Shown: positions 19,483-30,732 of the stretch, in pieces
How the letters are laid out: each line of letters starts with the position of its first letter
Position numbering within the stretch: the first letter of the stretch is position 1
Assembly (NCBI GenBank): GCA_963796275.1
Contig: CAWCKY010000004.1
Coordinates: forward strand, 768,001 to 832,000
Length of the DNA: 64,000 nucleotides
Direction: 5' to 3'
Origin: an uncultured Acidobacteriota bacterium
GTDB taxonomy: Bacteria > Acidobacteriota > Blastocatellia > RBC074
Translations under genes and position numbers: made by a program
Notes under the pieces: generated by a model
The model's input: only the letters and a program-made list of their open reading frames with translations
Told to the model about the DNA's origin: nothing
The model's database searches: none

Positions 19483-19934
19483 ACGCGCTCCATGGATCAA
19501 GTGAGGTTGATGGGGGCTGATAGAGAATACCGAAGAGAATATACGAAACAAACAAAAATAACGAAAACGATCGAAATTCTTCAACTTTTCCGATCCTAGC
19601 CGGATTTTGCCGGTACTTCTTTGTGAAGCGCTGAAGTCGGGCCCGGTAATAGCCAGAGGTTTCACCTCGCTACTCCACGGCTATTATCTCGTTGGGACTC
19701 TCACTTCAGTACGGCGCCTCATATTTTTAGGTCATCCAAATAATCCGGCGGGATGATCAACATTTCGTTCGTTTCGTAATCTATTTTCTTCTCGCTTCGG
19801 CCATTCAAACGGAAAGTAGCTAGAAAGTATACCGCAGCGCGAGTTGAATCAGACGGGCGAATTGCCCTGCGTCCTGACAATGCCGAAGTTAGCCGGATCA
19901 TTCACTTCTTATGTGACGCACCACGATCTGACCA

Positions 19935-21521
19935 TCAGGGATCAGTGGTGATGGTCCTATCTTCAATTATCAACCAGGCGCAGATCGCGCTGGCCAACGC
20001 CAGGCCGGAAGCGATCAGCATGACCAGGCGAAATCCGGCTACGAACGATTCGTTGACCGATCGTTTGATCCCGGCTCTCACATCGATATCGATCCCTTCC
20101 TGGATCTCCGCAGCAGCCAGCTTGATGCGTTGATCATCGAACTGTTGCCTGGCTTCGGGTGAGAGATTGATCACCACCATGTGCTGGTCGAGGGACCGGT
20201 TGAAAACGTCGAACATGACGAGGCCGAGAACTGCAATGGCCAATACTGCCGCAACTCGCGAAGCGGCATTGTTGATCCCAGAAGCGACTCCTGCCTGATC
20301 CCCGCCGACAGCATTCATCACTGTTGTCGTAAGCGGGGCAACGCTCACCGCCATCCCCAACCCGAGCACGACGACGGCCGGAAAGAATGTCGTCCAATAG
20401 CTGCCTCCGACTGATGGTAGAGCGAAGAGGGCGAGCCCCCCCGCCGCTATGATTGGCCCAATCACCAGCGGCGTCCTGGCGCCATAGCGTTCCACCAGGC
20501 CCCCCGACCAGCGCGACAATAGGAAGATCAAAAGAATAAGCGGTAAAGTGGCGGCCCCCGCCATCGTCGCCGAATAGCCCTGCACTTGAATGAGATTGAG
20601 GGGAAGGAAGAAGAGACCGCCGCTCAGCGCGCTGTAGAGAAACAGGGTCAACAGATTCGCTCCGCTGAAATTGCGCGAACGGAAGATACCGAGGGGAAGC
20701 ATGGGCGCTCGACTGTAAGACTCCAGCGCAAGAAACGCAGCCAACGCGATCATGCCCAGAAAGAGCGCGGTCATGACCACCGGATCGCGCCAGCCACGAT
20801 TCGATGATTCGATCAGCGCATAAACTACTCCGCCGAGTCCAACGGTCGCTGATACTGCCCCTGGCCAATCCAGCCTTACCGCCGCTTGCGGATTCCTGCT
20901 CTCCGGCACGTGCCAGAATGTCAGAACCAATACGATCAACGCGAGAGGCAGGTTGATGAAGAAGGCCCAGCGCCACGACGCCCGCTCTATCAACCAGCCG
21001 CCGATGACGGGACCCACGGCGGCCGTTATGGCAGTGAACCCGGACCACGTTCCGATAGCCCGGCCCCTATCCTTCTCGCTGAACGAGGCGCTGATGATCG
21101 CTAGACTTCCCGGCACAAGGAGCGCCGCGCCGATCCCCTGCACTCCCCGCGCGATAATCAATTGAAACACGTTGGGCGAAAGGCCGCACCAGACAGAAGC
21201 CGCTGCGAAAATGATCACTCCTGTCGCGTATATGCGTTTTCGACCATAAATGTCACCGAGCGACCCTCCGGCCAGCAGCAAAGCAGCCAGCAATAAAGCG
21301 TAGGCTTCAACAACCCACTGTACGTCAACGACTGTCGCATTGAGATCGGCTTGGAGCGCCGGGAGCGCTATGTTGACTACCGTGCCATTGATGAAGGCCA
21401 TGCCTGATCCGAGAATCGTCGTGGCCAATATCCACGGTCCGGCCTGTTTAGTGCAGGAAGCGACGGCCGGCGCGGAAAGAATCACCCCTTCATCGCAAGG
21501 TTGTCGGAGATAAATGCTCAT
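19935..21521 (-). CDS. DHA2 (EmrB/QacA-like) MFS transporter
   Basis: About 14 hydrophobic segments; [35 protein letters not shown]. Confidence 0.9.
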   Translation of the reverse strand: MSIYLRQPCDEGVILSAPAVASCTKQAGPWILATTILGSGMAFINGTVVNIALPALQADLNATVVDVQWVVEAYALLLAALLLAGGSLGDIYGRKRIYATGVIIFAAASVWCGLSPNVFQLIIARGVQGIGAALLVPGSLAIISASFSEKDRGRAIGTWSGFTAITAAVGPVIGGWLIERASWRWAFFINLPLALIVLVLTFWHVPESRNPQAAVRLDWPGAVSATVGLGGVVYALIESSNRGWRDPVVMTALFLGMIALAAFLALESYSRAPMLPLGIFRSRNFSGANLLTLFLYSALSGGLFFLPLNLIQVQGYSATMAGAATLPLILLIFLLSRWSGGLVERYGARTPLVIGPIIAAGGLALFALPSVGGSYWTTFFPAVVVLGLGMAVSVAPLTTTVMNAVGGDQAGVASGINNAASRVAAVLAIAVLGLVMFDVFNRSLDQHMVVINLSPEARQQFDDQRIKLAAAEIQEGIDIDVRAGIKRSVNESFVAGFRLVMLIASGLALASAICAWLIIEDRTITTDP

Positions 21522-21620
21522 TTGAAACGTTCATCTGACGCGAAGTAGCAGAGCAACAAAGCGCCCCTCTTTCTCCTTTGCGGCTTCGTGTCTTGCATCA
21601 AATCTTACTTTATCAGCGAC

Positions 21621-24054
21621 TTATTCGTACCTCAAAGCCACCATCGGATCCACCTTCGTCGCCCGGCGCGCCGGGATCCAGCAGGCTACAAACGCGACTC
21701 CGATAAGCAAGACCGTGATCGCCGCGAAGGTGATCGGATCGGTCGCGCTCACCTCGAAGAGCAGATTCTTCATGACGCGCGTCAGGGCGAGCGCCGCGGC
21801 CACTCCCAGTGCCACTCCGATCAACGCCAGGCTCATTCCTCGCCAGACCACCATCCGCAATACATCGCTCGCTCGCGCCCCCAAAGCCATCCGAATACCA
21901 ATCTCTTGCGTGCGTTGTGTGACCGCATAGCTCATCACGCCGTAGATGCCCACCGCCGCCAGGATCAAAGCGACCAGCGCGAACAGCCCGAGCAGGAGCA
22001 TATTCAACCGCTGCTGGGCCACTCTCTCCGACAAAACATGCTCCATCGTCTGGATGCTCGGGATCGGCAGATTGCGATCGAGCGACCAGACTGCCTCGCG
22101 CACCGCATTGCTCAACGCCAGCGGATCGCCCGTTGTGCGCAGCACCACCTCCATCGAACCGGACGGCCGCTGTGCAAGAGGCATCCAGGATTCGATCCTG
22201 ACCGGCTGATCCACCCCCTGCCGTCTGGTGTCGCGCACGACTCCGACGATGGTCATCCAGCGCGCGTTGGGACCCCCACCGCCGAACGTTAAACGCTTGC
22301 CGATCGGATCTTCGTTCGGGAAGTATCGTTTGACGAACGTCTCGTTGACGATTGTCACCATCGGAGTATCGCGCGTGTCCTGTGCCGTGAAAGCGCGTCC
22401 CTTCATCAATGGAATGCCCATCGTCTGAAAATAGTTGGGGTGCACGCGGTCGAATGGCAACTCGAGCGCCAGCTCGCTCGGGTCTCGCGGTCTGTTCTCG
22501 ATGGTGAAACCGGCCGAAGTAGCCAGCTTTCGCAGCATGATGTCGCTCGCGGCGCTGGCGCTCACGACACCTGGCAGCGCGGACAGACGCTCTTGCAGCC
22601 GTTCGTAGAACGAGGCGGCTTGCCCGCGTTCGCGATATTGCGACCCCCACAATGTGACCCGCAGCGTCAGCAGATGGTCAGACTTGAATCCGAGATCGAC
22701 CTGTTGCAACCGCCAGAAGCTGCGAACAAGTAGTCCAGCGCCGACGAGCAACGCCAGCGTCAACGCCACCTCGGCAACGATGAAGACTCCCCGAATCCGT
22801 TGCGCGCGCCGGCCGCCGCCGCCCCCGACTCCCGTGCGCCCACCTTCTTTGAGCGTATCGCTGAGTTTCACAAACGTCGTTTGCAGCGCGGGCACCAATC
22901 CGAAGATCAGTCCCGTAAGCAGCGATAGCCCAAGAGTGAACCAGAGCACGCGGTTATCGAGGCGAATATTTTCGAGCCGCGGAATGTTGCCCGGGCTGAG
23001 TTCGACCAGCAGCCGCAAGCTCCACCAGGCGAGCAACACACCCAGTGCTCCGCCCAGGATCGCGATGAGCATACTCTCAGTCAACAGTTGGCGAACGATG
23101 CGCCAGCGCCCCGCGCCCAGAGCCGCCCGGACGGCCACTTCGCGTTGCCTGACGGCGGCTCGCGCCAGCAGCAGATTGGCAACGTTTGCGCACGCGATCA
23201 GCAGCACGAACACGACCGCTACGAGGAGTATCATCAGGGCCCTGCGTATGGGACCGACGGTATTTTCGAGCACCGGAACGACGTTAACCCCATAACCCGC
23301 CATGTCCCGGAAACTGCTTCTCGATCTGACCCGCAACCAGATCCAGATCAGCCTGCGCCTGCGCGCGCGTCACTCCAGGTTTGAGACGACCGACTACCGG
23401 GAGAAAAAACCCGAAACGCGCATTATCCGACTTCATCCCCTCGTCTGGGGCCAGCGGCCCCCAAATCTCGGTCTTCTCGGGAAACTGGAATCCGGGTGGC
23501 ATTATTCCCACTACGAGATATGGCTGCTCGCTGAGCGTGATCGTCTTATTCAAAATTCCGGGCTCGCCGCCGAAGCGCCGCTGCCAGAGGCTGTAGCTCA
23601 AAACGACCACTCTATCCCTCCCAGGCGTCTCTTCCTCGACGGTGAAACCTCGCCCGAGCATTGGGTTCACGCCTATCAACTGGAAGAAATTGATCGATAC
23701 GGTGGCGGCGCGAATCTCTTCGGGCTCGGCGCCGGTTCCCGTGAGGTTATAGGCATCGGACGTCATCCCGGCCATCCCCTGGAAAGTTTTGTTCCGGTCG
23801 CGCCAATCGACGAAATTCGGATAAGAGGTGATATCGTCAGGGATTCCCTGGCGCTTGTTGTCGCACCAGACCATCGCCAGTTGTTCGGGATTCGGATAAG
23901 GCAACGAGCTCAGGATAACGCCATTGATGACGCTGAAGATGGCTGTGTTCGCGCCGATACCGAGCGCCAGCGTGAGGACGGCGATCAAAGCGAAGCCGGG
24001 ATTCTTCAGTAACATGCGGGCGCCGTAGCGCAGGTCTTGCAAGAGTGTTCGCAT
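21621..24054 (-). CDS. ADOP-family ABC transporter permease, frameshifted near 23305
   Basis: ORFs 23284..24054 (N-half) and 21621..23336 (C-half) join as [18 protein letters not shown] when one base is removed. Confidence 0.85.
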
Positions 24055-24074
24055 AATTTCTCCTCAAAAGAAGT

Positions 24075-24143
24075 ATTTGAGATTTGAGATGTTCGATTCG
24101 CATGGATAAGCCAAATGCGCATCGAACATCTTAATTTTCAAAT
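24075..24143. repeat. Hairpin with ATTTGAG heptamer base, just upstream of the permease RBS
   Basis: atttgagatttgagatgttcgattcgcat ... atgcgcatcgaacatcttaattttcaaat. Confidence 0.6.
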
Positions 24144-24197
24144 CGAACCCCCTCCTCCAATCCTGCCCTATTTTTTTCCGTCAACCGTATTACTTCT

Positions 24198-25788
24198 TCA
24201 TTCCCCTTTTCCGGAAAATTTTTCCGGCGGCCGACGATGCCTGGTCGCCCGCTCATAGGCATAAACGAACTTGATCAAATCCGGTTCGCCGAACTGTTTT
24301 CCCAGGAAAGTCAAACCCGCCGGCAATGAGTCATAGCTGAACCCCATCGGCACAGTGATCGCCGGGAATCCGGTCTGTGGCGAGAGCATCTGGCTATTGT
24401 CACCACCAGGGGCTCTGCAGGTCGCCCACTTTTCGCGGCGCATTGCTCCAGGTCGGATAGATGACCGCATCCAGCTTCTCCCTCTCCATCTCCTTAAGGA
24501 GAGCATCTCTAAAAGCGATGCTCCGCGGGTCGTGATACACGTCACGGCAGGGCGACTCCTGCGGCGTGGTCTGGACTGTCTCCTTCAGCCGTCTCTCGAT
24601 GTAAGGGGAATAGAGTCCCGACTCGACTATCGAGGTCAGGCTTCTGTACTTCGCATTCTCGCCCAATGAAGCCAGATAGTTGTTCACGTCGTAGTGAAAA
24701 GAGTTGCACCAGATATTCTTCGTCAACTGGTCGTAATTTGGCAGATCAAACGGGTCTACGATGATGGCTCCCTGCGCTTTCAGGTCTTCGATCGCTTTCG
24801 CCACCAGCTCTTTGATTTGGGGATCGGTTGTCTGAGCGTCGACGTATCTCCTGAATACACCAAGACGCGCTCCCTTCAGGCCGTTCGTCTTCAAGAACTG
24901 CAGATAGCTCTTCGGCATCCTGCCCTGGGAAACTTTGGTGATCGGGTCCGCCGGGTCATAGCCCGCGATGGCTTCCAGCACCCGCACTGCGTCCTCGACG
25001 GTGCGCGCCATCGGGCCGCCTATGTCGTTGCGCAAATAGAGAGGAACGATGCCGTCGCGGCTAGTGAGCCCCATCGTCGAGCGAATGCCGACCAGCGCGC
25101 AGTGAGATGACGGGCCTCTGATCGAATTCCCGGTATCCGTCCCCAACCCAACCACGCCGAGGTTGGCCGCCACCGCCGCCGCCGTGCCGCCGCTCGAGCC
25201 CGCGGGGACGCGCTCCAGATCGTAGGGATTGCGCGTCACGCCGGCGATCGAGCTCTCCGTCAGGAATGGACTGAAGGCCCATTCGGCCATATTCGATTTG
25301 GCCAGCACGATGGCCCCCGCTTCGCGTATCCGCCGCACCTGATATGCGTCATCGCCGGGAATAGAGCCCTTGAGCGCAAGCGAGCCCGCGGTCGTCTGGA
25401 GCCCCTTCGTATCGTAGTTGTCCTTGACGATCATCGGAATCCCGTGCAGCGGGCGCAGCTTCCTCGTTCGTTTAAATTCCTGGTCGAGTTTGTCCGCCTC
25501 CGCGAGCGCTTGCGGATTGACGATCACTATGGCGTTTAGTTTAGTGGATTGATCATAGGCTTCGATTCGCTTGAGATAGAATTCTACCAGTTGGCGGCTG
25601 GTGATCTTGCCGGATCTCATCGCCTGGTGGATTTCGGCGATCGTCGCTTCATACGGCTCGAATTTCATCTGATTCGGTTCGGACATAGGAAAAATCGGAA
25701 CCAGCAATGCAATCAAAGCTAACAATGATGACAATGATGCGATTAAGATCGAAGAAGCCGGCGATCTTCCAGATCGGGTTTTGTCCAC
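24198..25788 (-). CDS. Amidase signature family protein, frameshifted near 24410
   Basis: [36 protein letters not shown]; the C-terminal [10 protein letters not shown]...AYERAT lies in the adjacent frame; probable GTG start at 25788. Confidence 0.85.
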
Positions 25789-26039
25789 TGAGATACATCC
25801 TTTCACAGCAAATTTCTGGTCACAGCAATTTTCCGGGTTCTGAGGCTGCTGAAACGTATATCCTGTCCCCCTGAAACCGTGTAATTTTCCCAATCCGCTT
25901 TCTAAGCTATTTGAGTGGAATATAACATCAGAGCATGCGATTTTGGGATAGCGAAATCGTCGCGGACTCCCCCGATTTCCCGGTTGCGATGGAAATATCG
26001 TCGTTCCCAGACAACTACGCAGGAAAAAGAAGGAATGAA

Positions 26040-27797
26040 ATGAAAATCAACGCAATAGATCATATCCAACTGGCGATGCCGCCAAACCAGGAACAAAAAG
26101 CGAGAGACTTCTACGCAGATTTGCTTGGGTTAGCTGAGAAACCCAAACCGGATAACCTGGCCAAGCGCGGGGGTGTGTGGTTCGAACAAGGATCATTGAA
26201 AATCCATCTGGGGGTGGAGCAGGATTTCAAACCATCCACGAAGGCACATCCCGGATTACTGGTCGAGGGCCTGAACGAGCTGGTCGAGAAATGCGAGAGA
26301 GCAGGATATAGCGTGGTCAGTATTGGCCAGCTGGATGGGTACCATCGCTCGTTTGTGACAGATCCATTCGGCAATCGAATTGAATTGATGGAGCCGATCA
26401 TCATCGAAAAACATGAACAATCCCAGGCAATGGAATCCTCCTGGTCGCAATTGCTGAAATCGGCCGCCGAACGCGCCATCCGTTATCGCGAAAGCCTCTA
26501 TGAGCGTCGCGTCGCGCCATTACCGGAGACTCTGACCAGAGTTTCAGAACTCGGCGGCCCCCTTCCCGAACGACCGACGGATGCGGAATCGATTCTGGCA
26601 ATGCTCGACGAGATTGGCTCGCCGGCTACGGTCACGATGGCGGGCGGGCGTTATTTCGGTTTCGTCAACGGCAGCTCATTACCTGCGACCCTCGCGGCCA
26701 ACTGGCTGGCGGGGGCTTGGGATCAGAATGCCGGATTGAGCATACAATCCCCGATCGCCATCGCACTCGAAGAGATCGCTCTCGGTTGGCTGCTGGACGT
26801 GCTCGACCTGCCTGCGGAATGCGGCGGAGCATTTGTGACCGGAGCGACGATGGCCAATTTCACCTGCCTGGCTGCGGCGCGCAATTTCGTCTTGAAGAAT
26901 GCGGGATGGGATGTCGAAGCGCGCGGTTTATTCGGCGCTCCGGCGATCAATGTGGTCGTCGGCGAGGAAGTTCACCCAACCCTGCTCAAGGCGCTCGGTC
27001 TTTTGGGGTTGGGGCGCGAGCGCGTTTTGACCGTTCCGGCGGATGGGCAGGGGCGAATGCGCGCCGACGCATTTCCCAAACTGGCGAAGCCTGCGATCGT
27101 CTGCATTCAGGCGGGAAATGTGAACACGGGGGCCTTCGATCCCGCACCGGAGATATGCCCACTGGCTCGCCGGGCAGGAGCGTGGGTTCACGTCGACGGC
27201 GCATTCGGTTTGTGGGCGGCGGCGAGTCCAGAGCGAGCCGCACTCGTCAAAGGATTCGCTGATGCCGATTCGTGGGCGACGGACGCGCACAAATGGCTCA
27301 ATGCGCCGTACGACAGTGGGCTGGCTTTCGTCCGCTATCCCGAAGCTTTAAGCAATGCGATGTCACTCAGCGCAGCCTATCTTCCGACGGGTAATTCGCG
27401 GGAACCGATGCATTACAACCCCGAGGCATCACGCCGGGCGCGCGGAGTGGAGGTGTGGGCCGCGCTCCGATCGCTGGGACGCGCGGGATTGGCCGAGTTG
27501 ATCGAGCGGACCTGCCGCCACGCCAAGCGCTTCGCCGAAGGTTTTCGGGAAGCAGAGTATGTCGTGCTCAATGAAGTGGTCGTCAATCAAGTGCTGGTCT
27601 ATTTCGGCGATGAAGAGACCACGCGCAGGGTGATCTCCGGGATTCAGGAAGACGGAACGTGCTGGTGCGGCGGAACTGTCTGGCAAGGCAACCCGGCGAT
27701 GCGCATCAGCGTCTCTTCCTGGGCGACGACGGAGGAGGATGTGGAGAGGAGTCTGGCGGCGATGCTGCGCATTGCGGCCCGAGAGACCGGTCGCTAG
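26040..27797 (+). CDS. VOC/glyoxalase domain fused to group II PLP-dependent decarboxylase
   Basis: N-terminal IDHIQL...FY..LLGL...HPGL...DPFGNRIEL; then [27 protein letters not shown] (PLP lysine). Confidence 0.85.
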   Translation: MKINAIDHIQLAMPPNQEQKARDFYADLLGLAEKPKPDNLAKRGGVWFEQGSLKIHLGVEQDFKPSTKAHPGLLVEGLNELVEKCERAGYSVVSIGQLDGYHRSFVTDPFGNRIELMEPIIIEKHEQSQAMESSWSQLLKSAAERAIRYRESLYERRVAPLPETLTRVSELGGPLPERPTDAESILAMLDEIGSPATVTMAGGRYFGFVNGSSLPATLAANWLAGAWDQNAGLSIQSPIAIALEEIALGWLLDVLDLPAECGGAFVTGATMANFTCLAAARNFVLKNAGWDVEARGLFGAPAINVVVGEEVHPTLLKALGLLGLGRERVLTVPADGQGRMRADAFPKLAKPAIVCIQAGNVNTGAFDPAPEICPLARRAGAWVHVDGAFGLWAAASPERAALVKGFADADSWATDAHKWLNAPYDSGLAFVRYPEALSNAMSLSAAYLPTGNSREPMHYNPEASRRARGVEVWAALRSLGRAGLAELIERTCRHAKRFAEGFREAEYVVLNEVVVNQVLVYFGDEETTRRVISGIQEDGTCWCGGTVWQGNPAMRISVSSWATTEEDVERSLAAMLRIAARETGR

Positions 27798-27847
27798 GCG
27801 CTTACGCGGGCGTGCTTAGCCATATCTTGGTCTTTGAGAATTACTCG

Positions 27848-28011
27848 TACTAACGGATTTTGTGATGGCAGCATGTAACGTTGATGTAGCGTTTGCTAAA
27901 TCATTGAAATACACAATCGCTTGTCGATGAGATACAAGTAGAGCCGCAGCTGGGCACAGCGGTGAGCCTTTATTTTCAGTTTACCCGTACCAACCATAAA
28001 ACCCGTTAGTA
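27848..28011. mobile_element. Candidate MITE (IS630/Tc1-like), ~160 bp
   Basis: Ends TACTAACGGATTTTGTG ... CATAAAACCCGTTAGTA are inverted repeats bounded by TA; non-coding interior. Confidence 0.5.
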
Positions 28012-28219
28012 TCAGGAGAATTAATTATTTAATTACACCCATTACATCAAAGCTTTTTATTACCCAGATTTTCAGGATGCCCCGACAGGGGTGAAACCGG
28101 GTTGAAACCCACGGCTATTATTTTTACCCCTAAACGGGCATTGATATCGTGATCTCTAATAGCGTGGAATTTGATTTATGACAAATCCCTCGGGATTATC
28201 AGCGCAACTCATCATTTCA

Positions 28220-28981
28220 TCACTCATGCCGCAGAGCGACCAATGGATCTACCGTCGTCGCCCGCCGCGCCGGCAGATAGCAGGCGAGCGCTGCCACGAC
28301 CGTCAATAACGACGCGATCGCCGCGAATATCACAGGATCCGTCGCGTTCACCTCAAACAGCATACTCGCCACCAGCCGCGTTAAGGCGAACGACATCGCC
28401 AGCCCGAACGCTACGCCAATCGCTACCAGTTTCATTCCCTGCCCGATTACCAGTTTCAACACATCGGCGGTCTGCGAGCCGAGCGCGAGGCGGATGCCGA
28501 TCTCACGAATGCGTTGGGTGACCACATAGGACATGACGCTGTAGATGCCGACGACTGCGAGCAGCAGGGCGATCCCTCCGAAGATGGCGAGCAGCACCGC
28601 CACCATTCGATCGTTAGCTAGCGCTGCCTCTTACACACCTCTCAGCCGTTCGGCTTCGTCGCCGCCGGTCAAGATAAGCATTCTCTCCGCATAAGCCGCG
28701 AGCCCGGAGAAAGCCTCTGCCTGATCTCGGAAGTCTACATAATCGAGGTAAGACGATGTGCCGTATGGCCCGCTGCTATAGTCGCTCGTGTAGACGGCGA
28801 CCAGTCGTTTCGGTTCCCTGACGCCTGGGATCGGACGCAGCACGAGCCCATTGATAAAGCTGAAGATCGTGGTGTTCGCCCCAATGCCCAATGCGAGGGT
28901 GATCACTGCAATCAACGTGAAGCCTGGATTCCTCACCAACATTCGCGCGCCGTAGCGCAGGTCTTGCCACATGGTCTGCAT
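28220..28981 (-). pseudogene. Internally deleted ADOP permease
   Basis: [15 protein letters not shown]...AERLRGV-TAA followed in the same frame by [14 protein letters not shown]...[17 protein letters not shown]; about 1.7 kb missing relative to paralogs in this window. Confidence 0.8.
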
Positions 28982-29209
28982 AAGCTCTCCCGGGGTTATT
29001 CTGCAAGTTGTTTGCCCAGATATCTGACTCCCCAATCCAATCACCGTGCCACACGACCAGAACTGGTCAAATATAAGAAGGCTCAACTTAAAGAAGTTCG
29101 CTCGGGCGAGGCTGTGATACAAGATGTCCGGTTTTGGGAACTCTCGATCCCAGTACCGGATAAACATCAACCACGAAAAGCATAAATCTTTGTGCCTTTT
29201 GTGGTTGAG

Positions 29210-29238
29210 TTGACGCTCAAAGTAGCCAAGAGTATGCT
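29210..29238 (+). promoter_or_regulatory. Sigma70-like promoter of the cox operon
   Basis: TTGACG-N17-TATGCT, 126 nt upstream of coxM. Confidence 0.55.
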
Positions 29239-29364
29239 AAGTTTGGTTGTCTACCTCTGGTACTTTTGTCTGTTCATTCTCCGTTTCTTCGGCTTTTAGC
29301 GCTAGCGAATAGAACAATGAAATAACAATGGGATAAAAATGAAATAACTGTTTCTTATAAAATT

Positions 29365-30240
29365 ATGATACCTCGCAGCTTTGAATATTCCGCACCCGGC
29401 ACGCTGGATGAAGCTGTCTCTCTCCTACAAAAATTGGGACCCGAGGCCAAGATACTATCGGGCGGCCAAAGCCTTATACCAATGATGAAGTTGAGGCTCG
29501 CTTCTCCATCCTACATCATCGACATCAACCGCATACCCGGACTCGATTACATCTCTGAAAATGGCGCCAGTGTTCTGATCGGCGCGTTGGCGAGGGAGAG
29601 CGATCTCGAGATCTCGCCCATAGTGAAATCGCGCTGTCCGATTCTCATCGACACATCCTTGGTGATCGCCGATCCGCTCGTGCGAAACCAGGCCACCATT
29701 TGTGGAAATCTGGCTCACGGCGACCCGGCTAACGACCATCCGGCCACGATGCTCGCTCTCGGAGCGGGGATCATCGTCGTTGGGCCACGCGGCGAGCGGG
29801 AGATACCGATCGAAAGCTTCTTCACCGGCCTCTTCTCCACCGATCTTCAACCGGAAGAGATACTCAGGGAGATCAGGATCCCGATTCCGCCGCCGATGAG
29901 CGGCGGGGTGTATCTGAAGCTCGAGAGAAAAGTCGGCGACTACGCCACAGCGGGGGTCGCCGTTCAGCTCACATTGGACGCCTCCGGCGCTTGCCGGAGG
30001 GCGGGAATCGGATTGACGAACGTCGGGTTCTCTCCTTTGAAAGCGAGCCAAACCGAAGTTTTTCTTGCCGGCAAATCGCTAGACCAATCCACGATCAAAC
30101 AGGCGGCTGAGCTGGCGGCGTCGGAATCACAACCGATCGACGACATCAGGGGGTCGGCGGAATACAAACGGGATGTCGTGCGAGTTCTCACAGCCAGGGC
30201 GCTCAACCGCGCATACGAGCGCGCAAAGAAAGGGGCATAA
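29365..30240 (+). CDS. coxM: Aerobic CO dehydrogenase medium (FAD) subunit
   Basis: MIPRSFEY, LSGGQSLIPMMKLR, VRNQATICGNLAHGDP, KLERKVGDYA; directly upstream of coxS and coxL. Confidence 0.93.
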   Translation: MIPRSFEYSAPGTLDEAVSLLQKLGPEAKILSGGQSLIPMMKLRLASPSYIIDINRIPGLDYISENGASVLIGALARESDLEISPIVKSRCPILIDTSLVIADPLVRNQATICGNLAHGDPANDHPATMLALGAGIIVVGPRGEREIPIESFFTGLFSTDLQPEEILREIRIPIPPPMSGGVYLKLERKVGDYATAGVAVQLTLDASGACRRAGIGLTNVGFSPLKASQTEVFLAGKSLDQSTIKQAAELAASESQPIDDIRGSAEYKRDVVRVLTARALNRAYERAKKGA

Positions 30241-30243
30241 GAA

Positions 30244-30732
30244 ATGGCGAAGATCGGCATAAGCGTAAAAGTCAACGGAGTCGAGCACAAGGCGGAAATC
30301 GAGCCCAGGTTGCTCCTGGTCCATTTCATTCGTGAAAACCTGCGGCTCACCGGCACACACATCGGCTGCGATACGAGCCACTGCGGAGCCTGCACCGTCG
30401 TCATGGACGGCAGGGCAATCAAGTCCTGCACCGCATTCGCAGTCCAGGCAGACGGGCGCGAGATACTTACGGTCGAAGGTCTGGAACAGGACGGCAAGCT
30501 GCATCCCCTGCAGGAGGGATTCTTTCAAGAACACGGGCTGCAATGCGGCTATTGCACTCCCGGCATGCTGATGACGGGATATGCATTCCTCAAGAGCAAT
30601 CTCAACCCGAGCGAGGGTGAGATTCGCCAGGCTATTTCGGGCAACCTGTGCCGCTGCACCGGGTACGTCAATATCGTAAAGGCATATCAATACGCTTCCG
30701 CAGAAGATACGCGAAGAGAGGGCGTGAAATGA
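30244..30732 (+). CDS. coxS: Aerobic CO dehydrogenase small (2x[2Fe-2S]) subunit
   Basis: [11 protein letters not shown]...SC; QCGYCTPG; NLCRCTGY. Confidence 0.95.
   Translation: MAKIGISVKVNGVEHKAEIEPRLLLVHFIRENLRLTGTHIGCDTSHCGACTVVMDGRAIKSCTAFAVQADGREILTVEGLEQDGKLHPLQEGFFQEHGLQCGYCTPGMLMTGYAFLKSNLNPSEGEIRQAISGNLCRCTGYVNIVKAYQYASAEDTRREGVK

Noticed and set aside
23290-23320. Programmed ribosomal frameshifting at the split genes
   Set aside because: No shared slippery heptamer or stimulator across sites, and these families are not known to frameshift; sequencing indels are simpler.
29002-29018. GG-N10-GC sigma54-spaced motif (minus strand)
   Set aside because: Too close to ATG 28981 to leave room for the SD in the transcript, and it has a poor -24 box.
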